Shown here: piece after piece, positions 23,582 to 34,739 of the stretch
Layout of the letters: each line of letters starts with the position of its first letter
How positions within the stretch are numbered: the first letter of the stretch is position 1
Source of the DNA: Corallochytrium limacisporum Hawaii
Lineage: Eukaryota; Protista; Pluriformea
Direction: 5' to 3'
Assembly: GCA_002811645.1 (NCBI GenBank)
Contig: PDIP01000065.1
Coordinates: 20,003 to 71,098, forward strand
Length of the DNA: 51,096 bases
Made by a program: the position numbers and the translations under genes
The notes under the pieces: generated by a model
Seen by the model: only the letters and a program-made list of their open reading frames with translations
What the model was told of the DNA's origin: nothing
Database searches by the model: none

Positions 23582-24075
23582 AATATTTCATTTGTAATTT
23601 ACAAAATGTTATGTTTGAATCGAAATTGCATGAACCGCGCCATACCTAGTCGCAAACACGCGAGCTCACTCTCGTGGTACTATGGTCCCACGGAGGTACA
23701 ACCTTGATGCCAGTAACACTGCGCCTAAACTTCAGGCATTCTTGTACAAAACTATATCTATGGAAATGTAGAAACTGAAATAGAACTCAATAATAAAGAA
23801 TCGGACCAAAACGTGAAAACAAGAGGCCGCTTTGACACGTGAACGGTCCCGTTCCGCTGCAGCGAGTCTGTGATCTGAGCTCGAAAGTCCCTCCCCACCC
23901 ACTGGACAGTTCGATGCGGCCGTTCTAGACAGACCTGAGGAGGGGGTCATAAAATTGAATGCAAAAATGACGGTTTATTCAGTTCTGTTCGACACAATAA
24001 CTGTGCATGTCATCTCCATTTGGATGCCTTGATTGTGGGCACTGAAGATGACGACTAGTGTCCCGGCCAGTGGAC

Positions 24076-25122
24076 TTAGGAAGAGTACTGGAAAATCTCC
24101 TGTTTGCCATAGAAGTCAGGCTTTCGTCCCGAGAGTGTTAGCACTTTGACGAACATGTCCTGGAACCAATCGCTTTTCTTGGAGACGAACGCAAACAGTT
24201 GAGCCTGGAACGTCGGTTGGTACCGACGCTTCGGATATCTGGCAGTCACGGCATGCAGCAAGTCGTCCACAATGATTTGGGGTTGTGCGGCACCCTGAAT
24301 CACACGATTCTGGAACTTTGTCACCGCCGCTTGGAACCAATCGTCCCCTCCATACGCTGCCTTAATCTCTGGATCTGCTGCATTCCACATGTTTTCCAGC
24401 ATGACCTGTTGGGCACCATGCACAAGGTTGGTGGCCGCTGCACCGGGCTCAATACAGCACACACCAATCCCGTAACCCCACATCTCGCGGCGCAAGCTGT
24501 CCGTGAAGCCAACAACTGCGAACTTTGAACCATTGTAGCTGCCGAATCCATTCACGCCGAATCGCCCAGCAATGGATGCAATATTCACGATACGCGGGTA
24601 CTGTCCAGCCACCGCCGCTTTCTTAAGCAGTGGGATCATGGCCTTAGCCACTCTAACGGTACCAAGATAGTTGACCTGCATCTGGCGCTCGTATACCGCA
24701 AGGGGAGTGAATTCATTCATCCAGCCAATCATGATGCCTGCGTTGTTGACCACAGCGTGGACGCCTGTATCACCAACGATCTTCGCGATCTCAACCTGCC
24801 AGGCATCGATATCCTCTTGTTTAGTGACGTCAACCTTAAAGGCCTTCAGGCCAGGGCATTCCTTCATGAGTGTCTCCGCAGCCTCCTGAGAGAGGCAGCC
24901 ACAGATCACACGGAAGCCTTTGGCATGGAGCTGTTTGGACAACATGTTGCCGAAACCCGTGTCGCAGCCAGTGATCACGACGTAGCGGTTAGAGTAAGAG
25001 GTGGCCGGCAGGGTCATCTTGGGTACCACGTACTTACTGTAAAGGTAGCGCAGGGCTAGAAGGCCACACACACTATAGCCGATGGTGCGGCGGTTCACCG
25101 AAACGGAAGACGTAGCGCTCAT
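24076..25122 (-). CDS. Short-chain dehydrogenase/reductase, retinol/17-beta-HSD/BDH1-like (SDR9C type)
   Basis: VVITGCDTGFG, VVNNAGI, VNYLG, RIVNIASIAGR, catalytic YNGSK (YxxxK), DSLRREM..IEPG and HAVTARYPKRRY. N-terminal hydrophobic anchor. Confidence 0.93.
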   Translation of the reverse strand: MSATSSVSVNRRTIGYSVCGLLALRYLYSKYVVPKMTLPATSYSNRYVVITGCDTGFGNMLSKQLHAKGFRVICGCLSQEAAETLMKECPGLKAFKVDVTKQEDIDAWQVEIAKIVGDTGVHAVVNNAGIMIGWMNEFTPLAVYERQMQVNYLGTVRVAKAMIPLLKKAAVAGQYPRIVNIASIAGRFGVNGFGSYNGSKFAVVGFTDSLRREMWGYGIGVCCIEPGAAATNLVHGAQQVMLENMWNAADPEIKAAYGGDDWFQAAVTKFQNRVIQGAAQPQIIVDDLLHAVTARYPKRRYQPTFQAQLFAFVSKKSDWFQDMFVKVLTLSGRKPDFYGKQEIFQYSS

Positions 25123-28100
25123 TCTGGTCCTGATTCGTTTCCTCGAATGTTCGTTTCCTTATAGAGGGCCGATCGAGTTGCTGAGTATCCATGCATGGAC
25201 AGTCCGACCACTTATTTACTACAGCTGACTTGATAACATTAAGGCTGGGCTTCAAGAATTCCTCAAGTAGCCTTCAGGCCAGTTTTGTCCCATCTTGCGT
25301 ACCTCAAGACTTTCCCATCCGCCACTGACAAGAAGGGCGCGTATGAGTGAGTCAAGGTTAACGGAGAGCCACCAAAAATCATCACTTGTGACCGACCCTC
25401 CCACACTAGGAATAATGAGTAAACCCCCCCCCCCCCGCGGGCCATTGGGTTCTTTTGCGAAATATTAAACGGGACCCCGTTCCCTCAGCAGGCAACAAGA
25501 GCCGCCTACCCAAGTCTTCTTCTCGTTACACAGACTCATCGCCTTCGTGGGGCGGAGAACAGACACTTGCGATAAAAGTGGCTTTCCTTTGGGCCGCCGG
25601 CCGCCGTCCTGCTTAGGATAAAAGCCTGTTGCCACTTCGTGCACGAGTCGAACACGGGAGGGCAGATGGGTTCCTATGGTTCACAATCGATTATAACACA
25701 GAACGATATAACAATGATACCCGGAGGCAGGGAAGAAAATGACGACAAGAGGAAAACAATGGAACTAAATAACACAACGAACACACTAGGATCGATTCCA
25801 GCTATCGGACAGAATAAAAAACATTCGCGGCAAAAAAAAAAAAAAGAAAAAGGAAACGACCCCACCTGACAGCCCAACCCTCTGCGGCTAAAGCTCCCCG
25901 GCCCTCCTCCCGCTCTTCCCCCGGGAGGGGAGTAGGCATGAAGGAGTGATGGGATGAAAGCACGGCCGTAGTTAGCGCAATGGTGTTGACCTAACACGCC
26001 CACGCAAAACTGTGCACATACTGGTAGCTGCGACGAGATTAGAAAAGGGACAGATCGAAAAGGACGCAACACGCACAGCACAAAGCACAGCAAAGGACCT
26101 CTCTGTGTGTACGTCCGATTACGCGAAACAATGAAATTTTTTGCAATTCGCCTGGACACTGCGCAAGACAGTGCACCACTTGGTCGCGGGCACGGCCGCA
26201 ATTGAGGTGCCAAGGACAATGTAAACTGAGTGCGCATCCGAAATCACCCTCTGGCCCTATGCAAGTTGCCATACTACAGGTAGCGCTACCCAACCCACAT
26301 TGCTTGATCGAAAATTTGTTGTAACTCCAACTGGACAAATTGCGGCCAAACCTTTGCCCACTTGGAAATGGATGGAGGATAGCAATGAAATCCAGTATGG
26401 GTGGTTGTCCTTTGTGTTTTCTACCGCGAAGCACTTCGGGTGCGTTGATTTATCGGTGAGGAGTGCTAGCTCTCTACTTCCGTCCGTGAATGTGTCGTGG
26501 CGTTTGCAGGGTGTAGCACCGGTATTGGACAACTACACCTCCATCCATTTTAATCTCCTTTGCTGGCCCCCGCCTTGTTCCCTCGTTAATCTTCCGAATC
26601 TGCAGACCAACGCACAAAAATAGTAACACCCAGACTTGGGCAACGACGCTATGAGATGAAGGAATGTGGAAGGTTTCCGCCTATGGTGACCTACCTCCCT
26701 GGGCTATCTTCACTGTGTGCGGGGAGGCTGCCATAAGAGAGTCACCAGCTCCAGAGAGATGTCATCAAATCGATAGCCTAGGGCGAAACCAGGGCACGAG
26801 GAACTCTTCCATACGTGTACACGAATGGCCATGAAGAAACATCAGGAGATGAATCTCGTTTGCGTCGGCTGGTACTCTATAAATGGAACTCAGCAGCGCT
26901 AAAGGGGCGCCTGCCTATCAGAATGTACACAACAAGCGACGCCCAATGGCAACGGAGTCAAACACATCCATTATCGCCTAAACTGTACAATCGCCTATGG
27001 TTGGATTCGAATGAAGGAGCATGCTACAAACTTGCCATGGAACTGAGAAAGACAATGCACTTTCATCAACTTGGGTGCGCGGCCGCTGTTCTCAATTTTC
27101 GTGCTCTGAGGTTTGAAATTCCGATAAACGCTAGCGGTATAGTGATTTGACTTACAAGAACCAAGTGCATTCACAGGTTAGAGACTACTTATGCATTTTT
27201 CTCCCAATGCCCATGAGGCAGATCAGCCTGGTCTAATGATGGCATCGACGTGGGTGAGAACAGATCACATACCCTACCATCCCATACTGCGTATACGTGT
27301 AGATGCCCGGACGATGTCAATGGATCCCCGCTTGCAACTAAGGTATGGAGGGGACGGGGTGCTCATTATCACTTGGTGATAGTTTTTGGCCTGATCTTGC
27401 ATTGTTTTGAAACCTGTACATTTGCCTCTTATCTCAAACCTGCAACAGAGAGCACCACGGTGCAGAAACAGCACCTCAGCCGTTGTTTCTACCTGAGAAA
27501 TCACATTCGGTGCCACCGGTACCAAAATATACAGTTGTGCCACGACTTACCGCACACTGACCTCTTTGAGGTTTGGCTGTTCGATAAAAAATTTGCTCCC
27601 GCCTGCGCTGTGAACAGTCTCAAAACCAGTGTTTCCATTAACCTACCACCACCAATGAGCGAGAATGGCACATTGAGGGATACACACACACGCCGGCATT
27701 TGCGTGGCATTTCCAGTTGTGCGTACTGTGCTTCGAAGCCTCGGTAGTTCTACGCACGAACGTCACCGCAATCCTTGGGTGGTACGCCAATCCGGACAGC
27801 AATGACAAAGCCTAAGTCGTTAGCAGACCGCGGCCAGAGCGAATTGTATGCTGGACAAGTGCGCAACACTGCCGGCGAATACAAAGAGCACCCACAGTAA
27901 ATCTCAGTGATCCTTGATTCATCGGGGGTCTCTTTTTATGGCTTGAACATAATCTGAGAGACCCGGCCGGCGGGGTGCCTTGCTCCCATGCCATCTTTTT
28001 CCGATTCTCTATTTGCAACATGGACACAATACATTCAGATGTGGTCCACGAACGCAGCAAGGGATGTAGTAACCCATGGGGCGAGGCTATAGTGTTTGTA

Positions 28101-28755
28101 TCACTACGGTACTTTCTGGTGTGCGGCAACAACTTTTCCTACCTTCAACTGTGATCTTGAAATGAAACGGATAATGCTGAAAATGCGTTGCGCACTCCGT
28201 ATAAGTGCCCAGCATGTATTACTAGATGTCCTTTTAGCAGTAGGTACCTATGAGCGGATGAAACGGACCATCTGTGTACACTAAGATGGTAAAGCACGTA
28301 CCGCATACCGAGGACCGCTCAGGAGGTTCGATGCAGGAGAGTCGTGATACAGGTCCTTTGTGTTCATCTCATTTTGCGATGCGCCCTTATAACGGCTCAG
28401 CTTAGACCGCATTCCATGCGGGTCACCGCTGAGATGGATGACAACCATGTATCTTACTGCAGTACAGCTTGGTCTGGGCCTTCTCTCAGAAAATCTTTTT
28501 GCCTTACGCATGCAAAGCCACACTTGCTAGCCCAATCTCTACTTAAGGCACCACAGAAACCGACCAACCAAAGCCATGGAAAATTTGAGAAAACGGGGCG
28601 TGTTGTTCTCACCCCACCTTGCAAGCTCGCGTTCTGCCGCCAAAACAGTCGGCTACGCTCCACGCAGTGGGTATAGCCTCTGACGGGGGAGAGAAACAGA
28701 GGGAGATGGATACCCGCCCTCACACCCGCCAGCGGGGGAGGAGGGAGAGAGCAAC

Positions 28756-28783
28756 AGGCCCCCCCCCCCGGGGGGGAGGGGGG
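28756..28783. promoter_or_regulatory. C11/G-run element upstream of the RhoGAP gene
   Basis: AGG C11 G7 A G6, about 0.95 kb upstream of ATG 29737. Confidence 0.45.
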
Positions 28784-29736
28784 TTGGCACACAGAAGGGG
28801 AGGGTTGAATTTCTCCATAGAAACCAAAACCCGTGCTCCGCACCCACTGCCCCGGTACTTTGACTACTGAAACCGGAGGACGACTCCAGTCCACAGCTTC
28901 CCTCCTCACCCCTCTTCCTGGGGAGCGGTGGTGCGGACAAGCCGTCCCGCACCGGGGGAGAGAACGAAAGACAGGCACGGGAAAGGCTGGGAGCTGGGAA
29001 AGGGCGGCGGGGGAGGGGGCCTTGGGAAGGGAATTCCGAGCAACACCGGGGGAAAAGGAAGGGAACAAGCAGGGGAGGGGGGCGTTGCTCACTATCTGTT
29101 GATTGCGTTCCCGGAGAATCACATAGTTAGTACCGATCCTGCGGGCTAGTTGGTTCTTCATGGGGATGGGAGGTGTGCGGTCACTGAGGCGATTGCGCAC
29201 GGGGCTGTGCGCACGATTCTGTGCACTTCCAAAGAGGCAAAACAGAGTGGTCCACCCGTCTTTCTAATCAGACATCGCCTCATGTGCCATTGGTTATGCA
29301 TGTTTCTGCTTTAAGTAACTAGTAATGATGTTCAACATAAGCAGAACACGAGGATGCAAACCTGGACTGGTGAGATTCCGAAGCAAACCTTCATCAGCGA
29401 TGCGACACGCAAAAGCTATTTCGCTGCACCTATCGCAGCAATCAAAACAGGTATTCAAAGCAGTGTTTAAATTTGGCTGTGAAGGGAATGACACAGGACT
29501 GTAATACACGTATACATTGATACCAGTGCTGAACTAAAGAAAACTCGAATTGTAGGGGGTGAGATCCATTAGTGTATTTTCAGGAAACAGATACGAGTAT
29601 CTCATAAATCCTTCGTTGGGATGATGTATTGATTGCCATATCAACAAAGGATTCCGTCTTGAGCGAAGCAAGTGGACAGTGGATCTGCGGGGAACGACCA
29701 GCGCAAACGAGCAGAGCCAACACAAAATAACGGAAG

Positions 29737-31488
29737 ATGAGGGAGTTGACGCCACAGGCTCAGGTTTTCCGCATTTCGGAGGAGAATATCCGGGACTCTA
29801 AATCCCAACAATTGCACGTCAGCAATGCCTCCAATGCCACTGAACAAAGCGTTCAGAACGCTAGAGAAGAGGTTGTTCACAGTTTACAGATGGCTGGCCA
29901 GCGGAGCAGCAACAATCGGCGCCGCCGCAGTGCCACCGTAAGTGCAGGTCAACCACCAACCCTCATCCCAACCACTCCCAGGAGCATGGAAAAGGAGACC
30001 AAGGTACAGAATAAGCAGAGCGTCGCCGTAGCCGCCATTGTGTCACCGAGAATGCACCATGCGCAGCAGTCTCCACGACAGAATCCAAAGATAGCATACG
30101 GGTCGCCTGCACCACAGGAAGCCCAAACGAATTCTCCATCCTCCTTGCTGGCCCAAGCACCGAGGAAGGGCCGTGCAAGGGCCAGCACCGTGAACAGTCT
30201 TAAAGCGCCCAGATTGAGTGATCTGAATTGTCCGGAGGGGCCTACTGGTCTTGGATCTAACCGTCTTCCTGGTGGCAGCAATAGTGCAAGAGTTCCAAAT
30301 TTGTTCAGTCGTCTCGGGACCCGTAGCCGGAGCAATTCCGCCAACCGCAGCTCCGCCATTGGTGCCGCAGTGGCAACGGCAATCGACTTTGATGGCCTAG
30401 CCACACGCCAGGCTCTAACTGCAGAAGGGACGCTCCCGCTGGAAGATGTTCCTGCAGTAGATCCCAATGACGCTGAGGTCTACCTCCATACAATGCACCC
30501 CTCACACAAAGCAGTATTGAAGCGCCTTGGTCTAACCAAGATTGAACTGCTTACGGGCGCCCCAGTCGGACCAGTACAACCGCAAAAGAAAGGCCGCAGT
30601 CGATCTTTCTCTCTCACCGGGCGATCAAACTCCGGTACACCGGCTGAGATTGCGGCAATGCTGCAGGCATCACCACCGATTTCCCTCTCTGAGCATGCCG
30701 TATTTGGCAAGCCACTCACAGCCATCAGCGTTGACAGTGAGGCCGAACGCACAAACTCAGGGCGCAGTCTACTGTCACTAACGCAAGATCAGTGTCCCGT
30801 TTTCTTCTCAAAGCTTGTTGCTTTCATTAAGGCGAACGGCATGAAAAGTGAAGGACTATTCCGTCTCTCCGGATCGATCACTCGCATCAAGGCGATTAAG
30901 AGTCAATTTGATAGTGGTGACTACACACTGGATAAAGATGTCGTCCAACCCCACGACGCAACAGGGACCCTGAAGATGTGGTTGCGAGAGATGCCGGAAC
31001 CTCTGCTGGGATCAGAGGCCCGCCTGGCTTGGCTGGCAGCCGGCCGATTACAGGAGAAGAGCTCACGGCTGGCCGCCTATCGTTCACTGCTGTCTCTCCT
31101 GCCGATCTGTCATTTGGACGTGCTCTATGTACTGCTGGAATTAATGGAGTACACCGCAGCACACCAGGGTACGAAGATGACAGGGTACAATCTAGCGGTC
31201 TGTATGGCACCCAACATTCTTAGAGGCACAGATGGCATTTCTATAGAAGTACCAAAAACAAGCAAGGGCGAGACTGTCATGGACCGGACTATGGACGAGG
31301 GTGCCGCAACAGTTCAGGTTGTTCAGGAACTAATCGAAAACCGTGTTTTCCTCTACCAGGTCGAGCAGAGCAGTCTCATTTGGCTGTCAAATCAACTGGA
31401 CAAGGCCAAGCTGATGGATGGGTCTGGCTTCAGTCCCAGGCCTCTCGATGGAACTGATGGCTCGAAAATACGAAAGAGCATAGCATAA
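29737..31488 (+). CDS. RhoGAP domain protein with a disordered N-terminus
   Basis: VFGKPL, CPVFFSKLVAFI, EGLFRLSGS (arginine finger), HDATGTLKMWLREMPEPLL, KMTGYNLAVCMAPNILR. Confidence 0.93.
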   Translation: MRELTPQAQVFRISEENIRDSKSQQLHVSNASNATEQSVQNAREEVVHSLQMAGQRSSNNRRRRSATVSAGQPPTLIPTTPRSMEKETKVQNKQSVAVAAIVSPRMHHAQQSPRQNPKIAYGSPAPQEAQTNSPSSLLAQAPRKGRARASTVNSLKAPRLSDLNCPEGPTGLGSNRLPGGSNSARVPNLFSRLGTRSRSNSANRSSAIGAAVATAIDFDGLATRQALTAEGTLPLEDVPAVDPNDAEVYLHTMHPSHKAVLKRLGLTKIELLTGAPVGPVQPQKKGRSRSFSLTGRSNSGTPAEIAAMLQASPPISLSEHAVFGKPLTAISVDSEAERTNSGRSLLSLTQDQCPVFFSKLVAFIKANGMKSEGLFRLSGSITRIKAIKSQFDSGDYTLDKDVVQPHDATGTLKMWLREMPEPLLGSEARLAWLAAGRLQEKSSRLAAYRSLLSLLPICHLDVLYVLLELMEYTAAHQGTKMTGYNLAVCMAPNILRGTDGISIEVPKTSKGETVMDRTMDEGAATVQVVQELIENRVFLYQVEQSSLIWLSNQLDKAKLMDGSGFSPRPLDGTDGSKIRKSIA

Positions 31489-31662
31489 GCGCCAGTAGAG
31501 TTCCACTATCCGGAAGAAATTGTACATATCAATAACAGCAAAAACCACTCTTCTTGTTGTCGCTGCACTGGCATATTAAGCCATAAGATCATAATGGCTG
31601 CCACTCATATTTGTTTCTTTATCAATACATGTGCCCATTTTGAGTATGATGTGTTCTGCAAT

Positions 31663-33177
31663 TTAAATGTTCCGATAGTTCGGAGATATGAAGTTACTTA
31701 CGTTGTAAAAGGCAACACTGCCAGCATTGACTACGGCCATGAGCATGGGCACAGGACCTTGAGGCCCAACTGCCTGCCCTTCCTCACTTGTCTTCAGATA
31801 CTCTACCGAGCTCAATTTCTGTAACATTTCGGTCCAATCCGGGCTCTCCTCATAAATCGACGTCCATACTTTGGCCACCGGAAGAGTGCCGGAACCGCGC
31901 CGAAATGGAGTACTGCCCTTCGTGCCAACGGGCCAAATACTGAAGCACAGTCCTTGAAAGACATTGCGCTGCCGCCATTCGTTGTCATTGGTGACATCAC
32001 CATCATCAATACTTCCCCTACTGGATGACCGATCTTGTAGCTGTCGCAGCGGAGTCAACTCCCGCTGTGGTGCCCGACGAATGTAGAACCCGATCCGTTT
32101 CAAATGTTTATACGTCTGATATTCTGCAAAAGTTGGCAAACGCTGGTCCAGGAGCATGGTCCACCGTGCTTTGGCCGCCTCGTCCGCACCGGCAGCACGA
32201 ATCCCAGCCCGCACCCCTTCTTCGCTATTGCCATACTCACGCGCAGTGTCGTGTGCCTGCCTCTGGCCTGGTATATGCCGCTCGGTGTTTAAAAAGCGCG
32301 CCCGCGCCTCACTTTCGCTCAGTATGCGGCGGCGAAAGCCAATGCCAGGTGGCACGCGCTTGCTTCTCTCTGCACCAGTGGTGCTACCGCTCTTGCTGAC
32401 ACCACCACGATTGCTAGCATTACCATCCGTGGCGGTGGACGATGCGGCCGCAGCATCACAGGTATCATTCGCCGTCGAGACAATTGTGCTTGAACGGCAA
32501 ACCGCAGCTGTCGGTGAATGGCTGGTTGCTCGAGGCTTGGTATTCTCAGACCGCTGTTGCGGGTCAGCAGATCGTTCGGTGTTGATGCTGGTACTGCCAG
32601 AGCTTTCCTCTGTTGCTGAGATGGGTGCCACTGCGGGCTTTTCTTCGTAGGGTTTCTCCTGCCCCGGAACCATAGGTGACAATCCGACGATCGACGGGTT
32701 CAAGGATTCCTTAATTTGTGGAGTGTAAACAATCTCTAAACAACCCCGATCAAGCAAATACAACGCTTCTTCGGCGTAGAGATACCGCCATCCCGTGGGT
32801 CCAGTGAATCCTAGCGACTGGTGGTGCGGTCCGCGTCCACGGTTGAGCAAAACAAGGTTTGAATGGCCGTCCCAGAGAGCCTGGCTCATCTGCGGTGGGC
32901 GGGATCCTTTGGTGAAGAGCAATGTCGCAATACGATCCCGCAATTCGGCCTGAATTCGCTGGCTCTGTTGCACTGAGCCGTCCGGATCATTGAACTTGGG
33001 CCCGCCGGCCCCCGGGTTCTCTTCTTCCAACAACAGCCATTTCTCTGAAGCGTCGCCTCCTGCAGTAGGTTCGTTATCCTCGTCGGAAACTACAGCAGTA
33101 ACCTCATCATCCTCATTCTTTGGTATTTTAGTGGGCAGTTCATTTGCCTGCGCTGCACGCTTCCGCTTCTTTCCCAT
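31663..33177 (-). CDS. TSEN54: tRNA-splicing endonuclease subunit Sen54
   Basis: Sen54 N-terminal block RGPHHQSLG..YLYAEEALYLLDRGCL, later EYQTYKHLKRIGFYIRR and C-terminal MAVVNAGSVAFY. Confidence 0.87.
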   Translation of the reverse strand: MGKKRKRAAQANELPTKIPKNEDDEVTAVVSDEDNEPTAGGDASEKWLLLEEENPGAGGPKFNDPDGSVQQSQRIQAELRDRIATLLFTKGSRPPQMSQALWDGHSNLVLLNRGRGPHHQSLGFTGPTGWRYLYAEEALYLLDRGCLEIVYTPQIKESLNPSIVGLSPMVPGQEKPYEEKPAVAPISATEESSGSTSINTERSADPQQRSENTKPRATSHSPTAAVCRSSTIVSTANDTCDAAAASSTATDGNASNRGGVSKSGSTTGAERSKRVPPGIGFRRRILSESEARARFLNTERHIPGQRQAHDTAREYGNSEEGVRAGIRAAGADEAAKARWTMLLDQRLPTFAEYQTYKHLKRIGFYIRRAPQRELTPLRQLQDRSSSRGSIDDGDVTNDNEWRQRNVFQGLCFSIWPVGTKGSTPFRRGSGTLPVAKVWTSIYEESPDWTEMLQKLSSVEYLKTSEEGQAVGPQGPVPMLMAVVNAGSVAFYNVSNFISPNYRNI

Positions 33178-34408
33178 GACTTGCTCGTCAAAAATTCATG
33201 TGTCGCCCTCCACGATGGCAAGCAAGCCTTCACATGGTCCACAAGCCAATGGTAAAAAGGGCCCTGTTCTAAGCCACTGCCGTCTTTCCATCCTTGGTTC
33301 CAATAGGCACAGTATCCCGACAGAAATACCCCAGGCCAGGCCGGTGACAAGGGGTACACTTGGGTGCTTAAACAAGTCCGACAAACTACCTCCATGCTGA
33401 GCAGGCCGGCCACCTTGGCCCTACGCACCCGCTCTGGGTTTCCCTCAATACCGGTGGGAGGGAGGGGCACAAACTGGACTCCCTTTGCGAGCGAGCATAA
33501 CATATACGGCCATATTAATACTTGCAGGCAACGTTGCAGCGAAAGTCACCTGCAATTCCAAAAGGCTGAGGTCCCCGGTTTTGGCGGGGAAGGCGGTCAC
33601 AGGCGTGCGTGCAAATGCGACGTTTCGTAGCCGAGGGGCTCTTCACGGCAACTCTGGAACCCCCGGTCGCTTACAACCGAAAAGGGGGATACCTACACCT
33701 GCAGAACCATAGTCAGCTAACGATATAGCGAATGTACGATAGTCGATGGCGAAGATGCAAAATATTAGGAAGTCCGTATATGTGCAGAAAAGTTGGCCGG
33801 ATCGGGGTACCAAGCACGGCGGTGCGCGTTACGGGGCCACACGCACCGCGAACTATACGAGGGAGCAGGAAAAAATCGGGGCAATTTTGTGCGAAGAAAA
33901 AGCGATGACATTATTGCGACCAGTCCAGTGACAGTGCTACACAATCCTGCCGTTGTACGAAATTCCTGCCAGAATTATGGCGTACAGGCGGGACGTATTG
34001 GTAGAGTACCATTTGTAACACGTACGGATGATAGATTGTTACCATCCGTACAACACCACATCCAGCTGGGAAATTGAACCAACACTTACAACCATAAAAG
34101 TCACACATCACACCGAGCACCCGCAGCAGAAACCACAGTACAGGTGCGTCCTTATTTCCTTAGGAGATGTATACCACCGGTTCGGAAGCATACTATACAT
34201 GCATGTACACGAGATATATCCACCCTGTCATCTAGCGAACTTTGAAAAAAACTTCAACCGTCAAAGCGCCTCCCGAACCGGAACCTTAACATCTCACTAC
34301 TGAATAGTCTTGGATTTTCCGTTGGTGGTGGATCCGCAGCGTGCACATCTGTCCCAGATCAAAACACACCATCACCATGGTTCATATTTTCTTGACAGGT
34401 ATGCGGCT

Positions 34409-34430
34409 TTGGGGTTAGGGTTGAGGGTTC
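34409..34430 (+). repeat. Interstitial degenerate telomere-like motif
   Basis: TTGGGG TTAGGG TTGAGGG TTC in the Sen54/START divergent spacer. Confidence 0.5.
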
Positions 34431-34739
34431 GGAGGCGAGAGAAGATTTTGAGGTCACTCAGTCTTCAAGAGAATCACTTCTGAAAAGGACGACAGCTGAT
34501 CATGCTGTCCATAAGGGCACGCCTTCCGAACACCTTCGGTCGCCCACTTGTCCATGTTCTTGTAGTGTATGGGTTGTGTGCCAATGGGGTAGAAGTCACA
34601 GTCAAGACTCACAGATTGCGATACAGAGCAAGACGGCAAGCGCGTAGATAAAAGTCTCTGTCTCTGCGCGCAACAGTCCTGCGATCATCCTGCCGTGCAC
34701 CGAGAAAAGCCTTTCGAAAAGTAGAGAGGAAGAAAAGTA

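Noticed and set aside
23878-23952. GAAAGTCCC...GGGGGTCA resembling RNase MRP CR-I/CR-V
   Set aside because: The two parts are far too close and the other conserved regions are missing; probably COA8 upstream sequence.
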